A DNA stretch of 10,027 nt from Calditrichaceae bacterium (lineage in GTDB: Bacteria > Calditrichota > Calditrichia > Calditrichales > JBFXGD01): contig JBFXGD010000133.1 of NCBI GenBank assembly GCA_050178385.1, forward strand, positions 1 through 10,027, given 5' to 3'. This document shows positions 1 to 6,017 of this stretch, in pieces. The first letter of the stretch is position 1. The number at the start of each line of letters is the position of its first letter. The translations under genes were made by a program, and so were the position numbers. The notes beneath the pieces were generated by a model. The model was given only the letters and a program-made list of their open reading frames with translations. It was not told where the DNA came from and searched no databases.

Positions 1-70
1 TTATCTCGAAGAGCAGGGATATCACTGAAAAAAATATTATGACCGGGAAAATTTGACTTTTCATTCGCAT
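1..70 (-). CDS. 5' end of a probable exported or membrane protein (partial, runs off the left edge)
   Basis: ATG at 70..68 (alternative ATG at 64..62) preceded by purine-rich AAAGGGAAG at 83..75. The frame is open to the window edge and reads MRMKSQIFPVIIFFSVISLLFEI, a basic N-terminus followed by a hydrophobic stretch typical of a signal peptide. Not in the ORF track because it is truncated. Confidence 0.6.
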   Translation of the reverse strand, partial: MRMKSQIFPVIIFFSVISLLFEI

Positions 71-120
71 GTAACTTCCCTTTACCTGATGATGATTTCC
101 TTTTCAATATCAATATTTAA

Positions 121-147
121 AATGACCTGTTTTATAACAATGACCTG
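121..147. repeat. 9-bp direct repeat AATGACCTG (121-129, 139-147) with an overlapping TATAACAAT (133-141); possible regulator binding site
   Basis: Read directly in the 71-224 intergenic region upstream of the partial left-edge gene. Function is inferred only. Confidence 0.35.
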
Positions 148-224
148 AGTCACATTTATTATATAACGGCACAATTAAAAAAAATATGAGATTTGATTTA
201 CTTTTTGGGGTGAGAAGAATGAGA

Positions 225-971
225 TTACATTAAAATATGAATAAAGGATTGATATAAATCCCAGATATTATCAACATAATTGATTGTCTCGTTATAACCG
301 TAAAAATATCCGTATTTTGGTCTTCCTTCCGGCCAAACCTGCAGATGAAGTTCCCAGTCGGTTTTTTTGAGCATGGTCAGATAGGGGCGGACCGTCGTCC
401 ATTGATTAGGTGGAAGTTTATAATATCTCGCGATATCCTGTGCGTCAAACACACGGCCGGCGCCTCCGTTATAACTGGCGAGTGCCAGACGCGTCCTATC
501 CGGAAAATCAGCATCCGGATAATACCGGTACTGCTTTTTTAAATGATAGATACCCGCCGTTATATTTTCACGCGGATTTTTCATAATATATTCGATGTCC
601 AGTTCCTTGCTTATTTCACTGGCGGTCGCCGGCATTATCTGCATCAATCCGTGAGCGCCCACCCTGCTCTTCGCATGGGTGTTGAATCCAGACTCCTGCA
701 CGATCTGAGCAACGATTAACCTCCAGTCAAAACCATATCTCTTGGAATACTTTTTAATGATCGGTTTATATTTGGCAATCGCCTCTCCCATCCGGCCTTC
801 TGAAATCTGCAGGCTGAGCTCACCGAGCCTTTTTTTCTCGGCAATTTGTTTTTCGATTTGCTGCTTTAGACTGTCATCATCCATGAAAGCGGATTGCCTT
901 CCGGATGGGGACTGACATGAACCAAGCAGCATCAAAAATACGCCTGCCGCTATAAGAATTGTGTATTTCAT
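225..971 (-). CDS. Lytic transglycosylase (SLT domain, MltF-like catalytic domain), lipoprotein
   Basis: Lipobox LLGS-C19 after a hydrophobic leader. SLT motifs IVQESGFN (catalytic E93), GAHGLMQIMPAT, ALASYNGG and ETINYV. FDWRL..AQ..QES and the 'V.DA' segment after YNGG resemble the MltF catalytic domain. There is no N-terminal solute-binding domain. Confidence 0.9.
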   Translation of the reverse strand: MKYTILIAAGVFLMLLGSCQSPSGRQSAFMDDDSLKQQIEKQIAEKKRLGELSLQISEGRMGEAIAKYKPIIKKYSKRYGFDWRLIVAQIVQESGFNTHAKSRVGAHGLMQIMPATASEISKELDIEYIMKNPRENITAGIYHLKKQYRYYPDADFPDRTRLALASYNGGAGRVFDAQDIARYYKLPPNQWTTVRPYLTMLKKTDWELHLQVWPEGRPKYGYFYGYNETINYVDNIWDLYQSFIHILM

Positions 972-1208
972 TTAATTCAGGCTCATTCCGATGATTAATC
1001 CGACAATTAAACCGATCATAATAAAGATACCGCCTACGACTACTCCAACCGCCAGATTACCTTTTTCCAATTCATTTGGTATATCAAAACGTGTTGTTCT
1101 GTTGACGAGTTTATAGGTACCGATCGATGAAAACATGCCAACCAGAACTCCAAAGATGGCATAAATAAAATTTCTAATCATGATTGGATCAAACCATACA
1201 AATTCCAT
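972..1208 (-). CDS. DUF350-family small membrane protein (2 predicted TM helices)
   Basis: Pattern 'T.FDI..EL.KGNLAVGVVVGGIFI.IGLIVG' between two hydrophobic segments is characteristic of DUF350. AGGA lies upstream. Its TAA directly abuts the ATG of the transglycosylase (TAAATG). Confidence 0.8.
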   Translation of the reverse strand: MEFVWFDPIMIRNFIYAIFGVLVGMFSSIGTYKLVNRTTRFDIPNELEKGNLAVGVVVGGIFIMIGLIVGLIIGMSLN

Positions 1209-1267
1209 ATGTTTCTCATCCTGTTTTTGGGTTACGATTTAAATCACGTTAATTAAATCCATCAAGG

Positions 1268-1708
1268 TTAAAATCCTTCGCTTTCCGTATCCTTGCCCTG
1301 TAAGGGTTCCATCTTACCGATCAAAACATATCCTATGAGAGTGACAATAACTGCGGGAATATAAACACCGGCTCCCACTGCCAGCCCGACCGCGCCTGCA
1401 ATCCAAATGGCAGCTCCCAATTTTAGGCCGGTCCGAATATCTTGATTTTTGATAATCACCCCTGCCGTAATAAGACCAATAGAGACAACCACAGGGGAAA
1501 TTAATCCGGAGGGCAAACCGGTCATTACTCCGAATTCAACACTGAGGGGAACCAGGGTAAAAACTGCTGAACCCAGGCTTATGAGTACAATGACATAGGC
1601 GGCGGGATTGCTTTTGTATTCCAAACCGATAATCGCACCGCAGAGACCAGCGATTGCGAGCTTTATCAGCATATATGCGATTTCAATCCAACCGGAATCG
1701 ATTCCCAC
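1268..1708 (-). CDS. MgtC/SapB-family membrane protein (membrane domain only, degenerate motifs)
   Basis: GTG start with AAGGAG 5 nt upstream. 'L.IAGLCGAIIGLE', 'LISLGSAVFT', 'IG...AGVII' and 'AAIW..GAVGLAVGAG.Y' follow the MgtC N-terminal membrane-domain pattern. Confidence 0.75.
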   Translation of the reverse strand: MGIDSGWIEIAYMLIKLAIAGLCGAIIGLEYKSNPAAYVIVLISLGSAVFTLVPLSVEFGVMTGLPSGLISPVVVSIGLITAGVIIKNQDIRTGLKLGAAIWIAGAVGLAVGAGVYIPAVIVTLIGYVLIGKMEPLQGKDTESEGF

Positions 1709-1757
1709 TCATGCTCCTTGTAAAGCCCGGATACAAAAATTTAACTCTTTCATTTTA

Positions 1758-1786
1758 AGTATAAATATTTTTATTCTGTCTGTCAA
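1758..1786 (-). promoter_or_regulatory. Sigma70-type promoter TTGACA-N17-TATACT for the mgtC-like/DUF350/SLT genes
   Basis: On the - strand, TTGACA at 1786..1781 (overlapping the DUF2851 TGA stop), a 17-nt spacer, then TATACT at 1763..1758, about 50 nt upstream of the GTG at 1708. Confidence 0.7.
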
Positions 1787-3087
1787 TCGTTTTTACGTTT
1801 AAGAGGACAACGATTACATTCCCTAAAAAGACAAAAGCCGCTTTGAAGGTGTAAAAGAGCCTGCTGCATTCCCTGGCCGTTCCAGACTTTTATGCAGTCA
1901 GAATAAAATGAGAACTTTTGACGTAAGGTTCTGTAAGAAACCGGTAGAGGAAGCCAGAGATAAAAGGATTCCAGGTACGTTTGAAAACCGTCGCTGCCTT
2001 CCCGGGCTGCCATAGCGATATAAAGCGGAAGCAAAACGTTTACAATAAATTCGGAGATTCTGGCTTCTCCGAAAAAATAAACCGGGATGACACCGGTACG
2101 CTCCCTGCCAAGAGCGGAATGTTCCAGCCAGTATGGATTTACCCTTACTTTAAAATAATCCAGAATTTTCCTGTATGCCGGGCGGTACTTTTGTCTCGAA
2201 CCCAGAATTTCCATAAATACTGATTGTGGTGATTCAAAATGGTTTTGATTTAGTAACCATACCCAGGCCGCCAGCCTGAAATGAGGATGGTTTGCGGGAC
2301 GCGTGGAAGCAAACTGCCATTGCCCGGGGTCAATGGGAGCGCTTTTTAAATAAATTTTGGCATTTTTATATATATTTAACATTTCCGTGATAACAGGATC
2401 CGGAGATTTCTCTGAAAGAAATGACGCGTGTCCGGCATAAACTGAATACAATGTTTTGGGATCATCCGAGATGTTTTCTGTCCACCAGAGCATCCAGGGC
2501 CATTCAAGCCTTTCTGCAAGTTGTTCGAACGCGGCCGCGTTGTGCGGATAACCCAATGCCCTGAATATGTATCTGTATAAAATGCTTTCCGGTGACTGAT
2601 AATTTAACAAATGTGTAAATTGCCTGACTTTTATGTTCAGGCGTTCAAGTGCCAGCCGCTCAAGCTTCTCTTTTAACCCTGTTCGAAAAGATGCGGACTC
2701 CCGGCAGTGATTTGCCGGATGAGTTTGAAAAAAGGATGTTTCGGGCTTTGGAAGGATAAAAGTCGGGATAAGCCTGCCGTCAAGACCATGGCTTATTTTT
2801 CGGGATTCAGAACCGGGATCATCCCCCACCAGATGAAGAATTACATTTTGAAACGCCCTGTCAAGATGATGCTGATGTCGATACCAGTCAGCAGGCAGAA
2901 CATGGAATTCCACATCACCGTGATATATCACTCCGTCCAGGTTAAACATGGCTCCGCGAACATCGGGCCCCCTGGTGAAATTGAACTGCCCCTGATTCAA
3001 AATTTGGAGTGTGTGCCCCTGCATTTCAAAAGAGGAGCCTTTTCTTGCATAATACTGCCAGTATTGATATAATTCTGTCTCTTGCAT
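1783..3087 (-). CDS. DUF2851-family protein (function unknown)
   Basis: 434 aa. N-terminal 'E..L...W', 'G..N...GPD', 'GDVEFH....DW..H.HH.D..F.NVILHLV', central 'ALG...N...FE.LA', 'W.F..TRPANHPHFRLA', 'YW..H', and C-terminal 'QQALLHL...FC....C..CP' match my recollection of DUF2851. Confidence 0.85.
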   Translation of the reverse strand: MQETELYQYWQYYARKGSSFEMQGHTLQILNQGQFNFTRGPDVRGAMFNLDGVIYHGDVEFHVLPADWYRHQHHLDRAFQNVILHLVGDDPGSESRKISHGLDGRLIPTFILPKPETSFFQTHPANHCRESASFRTGLKEKLERLALERLNIKVRQFTHLLNYQSPESILYRYIFRALGYPHNAAAFEQLAERLEWPWMLWWTENISDDPKTLYSVYAGHASFLSEKSPDPVITEMLNIYKNAKIYLKSAPIDPGQWQFASTRPANHPHFRLAAWVWLLNQNHFESPQSVFMEILGSRQKYRPAYRKILDYFKVRVNPYWLEHSALGRERTGVIPVYFFGEARISEFIVNVLLPLYIAMAAREGSDGFQTYLESFYLWLPLPVSYRTLRQKFSFYSDCIKVWNGQGMQQALLHLQSGFCLFRECNRCPLKRKND

Positions 3088-3110
3088 TTTATGGGATTTC
3101 TATATATATT
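3082..3110 (+). promoter_or_regulatory. Candidate sigma70-type promoter TTGCAT-N17-TATATT for the XRE regulator
   Basis: TTGCAT at 3082-3087 (overlapping the DUF2851 start codon on the other strand), a 17-nt spacer, and TATATT at 3105-3110. The region is AT-rich, so a chance match is possible. Confidence 0.5.
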
Positions 3111-3115
3111 CCATC

Positions 3116-3161
3116 TGTTATTTATTTATAACAATCGTAATATAACAATTATTATAAATAA
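3116..3161. promoter_or_regulatory. Cluster of palindromic operator-like sites
   Basis: TGTTAT-N6-ATAACA (3116-3133). Direct repeat TATAACAAT (3127-3135, 3141-3149). Near-palindrome TATAACAA/TTATTATA (3141-3156). Perfect 10-bp inverted repeat TTATTTATAA (3122-3131) / TTATAAATAA (3152-3161). Confidence 0.5.
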
Positions 3162-3167
3162 TTCCAA
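3139..3167 (-). promoter_or_regulatory. Candidate promoter TTGGAA-N17-TATATT with extended -10 (TGn) for DUF2851
   Basis: On the - strand, TTGGAA at 3167..3162, a 17-nt spacer ending in TGT, and TATATT at 3144..3139. Confidence 0.5.
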
Positions 3168-3175
3168 GAGCTATT

Positions 3176-3541
3176 ATGAATCAGACAGAAATTGCGCGGC
3201 GCCTAGATCTTATACGAAGACAAAAAGGGTACAATCAGGAGCAGCTGGCCGAAGAACTCGGAATAAGCCAGCCCGCTGTCAGCAAATATTTAAAAAACAG
3301 GATTCCTCCCCCTCAAATCCTTCTTGAAATCGCGAAAATGGGACAGACGACAGTGGAATGGATACTTACCGGCCAAAAAAGTTATCTCTTCTCAAATGAA
3401 AGTGACAGCGGAAAAGTCCGGGACAATACGGTTCATTATGATGCTAATCTAACTCTTGCGAAAAAGATCGCGTTGCTTCCGGCCCAGGTCAGACAGTCAA
3501 TTGAAACACTGATAAATCATTTGCTTGATGAGAACAAATAA
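3176..3541 (+). CDS. XRE/Cro-CI-type helix-turn-helix transcriptional regulator
   Basis: 'RL..IRRQKGYNQEQLAEELGISQPAVSKYLKNRIPP...L..IA......VEWILTG' is a classic HTH_3/XRE domain. It has a short helical C-terminus and no S24 peptidase domain. Confidence 0.9.
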   Translation: MNQTEIARRLDLIRRQKGYNQEQLAEELGISQPAVSKYLKNRIPPPQILLEIAKMGQTTVEWILTGQKSYLFSNESDSGKVRDNTVHYDANLTLAKKIALLPAQVRQSIETLINHLLDENK

Positions 3542-4005
3542 CGGCGTGCGCCGGAATAATGGTTTTTGTAATACGGTGTGTTGAAATCAGATATGATGAC
3601 GCCTTGTTGACTCGATGCGTGAATAAACTCACCTTCTCCCAGATAAATCCCCACATGATCCACCCCCCGGCCCCGTATGTTTTTAAAAAACAAAAGATCA
3701 CCGGGCAGAATCCACGGATCTCGCACAAACTGTCCGCTCTCATAAAGTTCATCGGTTGTACGGGGTAGATCCAACTGAAATGCTTCGTTAAAAATTTGCT
3801 TAACCAACCCGGAGCAGTCAACACCGTTCCTGTCTGTCCCGCCGTATCCATAAGGAACCGACATCCAACCCGCGGAAACATCAATCAGGCGTTGTCTCAC
3901 AGGATCATTGCTGTCGCCGGTGACATGGTTCCGTGACATCCGGGATGTTGACACGCATGCATTTAGTAGAATAAAAATGAGTACGGCATGGACATATTTT
4001 ACCAT
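3517..4005 (-). CDS. NlpC/P60 (C40) peptidoglycan endopeptidase, lipoprotein
   Basis: Lipobox LNA-C17. Motifs PYGYGG, DCSG (catalytic C64), LPRTT, PGDLLFF, HVGIYLG (H117), FIHAS (H129) and terminal GARR. Its ATG overlaps the upstream gene's end by 7 nt. Confidence 0.93.
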   Translation of the reverse strand: MVKYVHAVLIFILLNACVSTSRMSRNHVTGDSNDPVRQRLIDVSAGWMSVPYGYGGTDRNGVDCSGLVKQIFNEAFQLDLPRTTDELYESGQFVRDPWILPGDLLFFKNIRGRGVDHVGIYLGEGEFIHASSQQGVIISDFNTPYYKNHYSGARRYLFSSSK

Positions 4006-4940
4006 GAGCGATTCTTAATATAGTCTGTCAACTGAAAAAGCAAACGGGACTCATCATTCTGCGGCAGATTTTTCAATCGCTTATACGCTGTCTTAAAATA
4101 TTCTTCATATATCGCCGTTACTTCATCAAGAACCCGTGATTCCCGAAGCGCGAGACGGTAATCTTCCAGTCTCAGTTTATTGAATTTTTCAGATCCGATT
4201 CTTTCACGCAGCTTTAGGGTGAGAATGGTCTGCTTATGCATGGCAAAATCACTGCCGACTTTCTTCCCAAGCAAGTTTTCATCAGCCATGATATCCAGAA
4301 GATCATCCTGGATCTGAAATCCCATTCCGAGGGCAAAACCAAATTCTTTGAGCTGCTTCACATCAGATTCACTGCCGTTTCCCGCCATGGCTCCAAGCTC
4401 ACAGGATAGTTCGATCAACGCTGCGGTTTTTCTGGCGATCATATCGTTATAGTCATCAACTGTGATATAAGCCTGATCTTCAAACATTTTATCCAAACCC
4501 TGCCCCTCGCAGATCACAATCATCGCGTCGGTAAAACGACTGGCCATTTCCCTGATAGGTCCTGACGGGGTTTTTAATAATTTTTGAAAGGCAAATCCAA
4601 CAAGTCCGTCACCGGCCAAAATGGCGGTGTTTATATCCCATTTGATATGAACGGTGGGTAAGCCCCTTCGGGTATTGTCATTATCCATGATATCGTCATG
4701 GACCAGCGTAAAATCATGAAGCAGCTCAACCGCTGCCGCGGGGAATCTGGCTTCTTTGATATCTCCCCCGACGGCTCCTGCAGACAACATGACCAGAAGC
4801 GGCCTGATCTTTTTGCTCTTAAGCCCCAGTACATAACGGATCGGTTCGTAGAATTGGGTGACACGTTCATTACCGTGAATCTTACCGATTTCATCATCGA
4901 TCAATCGAAGGTAAGGTTTAAATTTCTTTTCTATATCCAT
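3999..4940 (-). CDS. Short-chain polyprenyl diphosphate synthase (type I GGPP synthase-like)
   Basis: K.IRP, first Asp-rich motif FTLVH-DDIMD with Phe at position -5 and no two-residue insertion, RRG.PT.H, AILAGD, GQ.LD, KTA, second Asp-rich motif FQIQDDLLD, and GK..GSD. Confidence 0.92.
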   Translation of the reverse strand: MDIEKKFKPYLRLIDDEIGKIHGNERVTQFYEPIRYVLGLKSKKIRPLLVMLSAGAVGGDIKEARFPAAAVELLHDFTLVHDDIMDNDNTRRGLPTVHIKWDINTAILAGDGLVGFAFQKLLKTPSGPIREMASRFTDAMIVICEGQGLDKMFEDQAYITVDDYNDMIARKTAALIELSCELGAMAGNGSESDVKQLKEFGFALGMGFQIQDDLLDIMADENLLGKKVGSDFAMHKQTILTLKLRERIGSEKFNKLRLEDYRLALRESRVLDEVTAIYEEYFKTAYKRLKNLPQNDESRLLFQLTDYIKNRSW

Positions 4941-4966
4941 TCATGGTCCCAGACACGGTAAATTGA

Positions 4967-5419
4967 TTAAAATTCCGCTTTAAATAAATCGCCTATCTCT
5001 TCGGATGATTCGGCATTCAGGATAGCATCCCGAATCGCGCGTTCTTTTAATGTGCGGGAGATATTCGCCAACGCCTGGATATGCGGCCCGGATGTGTCCC
5101 GGGGGGATAGAACCAAAAAAATCAAATTGGCCGGCTTGCCGTCTAAGGATTCAAAATCAACCCCGTTTTTTTTCAGACCGAACGCCACAACAAGCTTGTC
5201 AACTCCATCTGTTTTCGCGTGAGGAATGGCCAGACCGTTTTCGAGCCCTGTGCTGAGATAACCCTCTCTCGCAAGCACATCCTGAAGGGCTGCTTCCTTA
5301 TTTACAATTTTTTTACTGCTCACCAGAACATCCAGTAGTTCTTCAATAATCTGAAATTTTGTCTCGCCTTCTAAATTTGCCTTAATTTGATTTGCCGGCA
5401 AATATTCGCTTAAATTCAT
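4967..5419 (-). CDS. Stand-alone PTS EIIA protein (Ntr/Fru/Mtl-type, PTS_EIIA_2), paralogue 1
   Basis: REGYLSTGLENGLAIPHAK (phospho-acceptor H67), 'GVDFESLDGKP..LIFLVLSP' and 'HIQALA.ISR'. Strong SD AGGGAGG at 5430..5424. Confidence 0.92.
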   Translation of the reverse strand: MNLSEYLPANQIKANLEGETKFQIIEELLDVLVSSKKIVNKEAALQDVLAREGYLSTGLENGLAIPHAKTDGVDKLVVAFGLKKNGVDFESLDGKPANLIFLVLSPRDTSGPHIQALANISRTLKERAIRDAILNAESSEEIGDLFKAEF

Positions 5420-5442
5420 ATAACCTCCCTGATATAGCTTAA

Positions 5443-5471
5443 AATTTACCTAAATCCATTTTTTATGTCAA
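5443..5471 (-). promoter_or_regulatory. Sigma70-type promoter TTGACA-N17-TAAATT for the EIIA/GGPPS/NlpC unit
   Basis: On the - strand, TTGACA at 5471..5466, a 17-nt spacer, and TAAATT at 5448..5443, just upstream of the SD. Confidence 0.65.
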
Positions 5472-5487
5472 ACAATTAATAAAACTA

Positions 5488-5516
5488 TTGGTATCTTTTA
5501 TATAATTAATTAAATT
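5488..5516 (+). promoter_or_regulatory. Candidate promoter TTGGTA-N17-TAAATT for the EIIA/PII-like/kinase unit
   Basis: TTGGTA at 5488-5493, a 17-nt spacer and TAAATT at 5511-5516. An additional TATAAT lies at 5501-5506 and the SD GGAGG at 5534-5538. Confidence 0.5.
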
Positions 5517-5542
5517 TATTAAAATAAGTCTATGGAGGATCA

Positions 5543-6010
5543 ATGCGTTTAACGGATATTTTACTGGATAAATATATTCAGATTCCACTCAAATCAGGAA
5601 CAAGAAACGAAGCTATTAAAGAATTAATCACGCTTGTCGGCACCCAGATCAATGATGTTGAGAAAGCCTACGAAGCAGTACTCGAACGTGAAAAAATTAT
5701 GACGACCGGTGTTGGCAACGGCATTGCCATCCCGCATTGCAAGCATAGTTCATGCCCTAATTTCGCTGTAGCCATGGGCATCTTTCGCAAGGGTATTGAC
5801 TTCGAATCGATCGACAAGAAGAAAGTGAAGATTATTTTTCTGCTCGTTGGCCCCGAAAACAATCCCGGTTTGCATATTAAACTGCTCAGCCGGATATCCC
5901 GTTTAATGAGCAATGAAGAATTACGTGATCAGCTGCTTGACTGCAAAACCGCCGAGGCGGCAATGGAGCTGATCAAAGAGGAGGAGAATTATTTCTTCGA
6001 TATCGACTGA
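5543..6010 (+). CDS. Stand-alone PTS EIIA protein (Ntr/Fru/Mtl-type, PTS_EIIA_2), paralogue 2
   Basis: REKIMTTGVGNGIAIPHCK (phospho-acceptor H65), 'GIDFESIDKK.V.IIFLLVGP' and 'HIKLLSRISRL'. SD GGAGG is present. Confidence 0.92.
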   Translation: MRLTDILLDKYIQIPLKSGTRNEAIKELITLVGTQINDVEKAYEAVLEREKIMTTGVGNGIAIPHCKHSSCPNFAVAMGIFRKGIDFESIDKKKVKIIFLLVGPENNPGLHIKLLSRISRLMSNEELRDQLLDCKTAEAAMELIKEEENYFFDID

Positions 6011-6017
6011 ACCCGGC

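Noticed and set aside
225..1208. Small 2-TM protein directly before a muralytic enzyme, resembling a holin-endolysin cassette
   Set aside because: The enzyme has its own lipoprotein signal peptide, the small protein fits DUF350, and there are no phage genes nearby.
1236..1265. Perfect palindrome GATTTAAATC (1236-1245) and a weak TTGATG-N17-TTAAAT promoter-like match upstream of DUF350
   Set aside because: Short and AT-rich, with a poor -10 and no U-tract. Not distinguishable from chance.
1783..4005. XRE repressor plus cell-wall hydrolases suggesting a prophage or ICE
   Set aside because: No integrase, att-like repeats, or structural, replication or conjugation genes. Neighbours are chromosomal-type genes (prenyltransferase, hisS).
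4967..6010. Calling the EIIA genes ptsN or fruA/fruB
   Set aside because: The motifs do not separate Ntr from Fru/Mtl subtypes by eye, and there is no rpoN, npr or EIIBC context, so no gene symbol is assigned.
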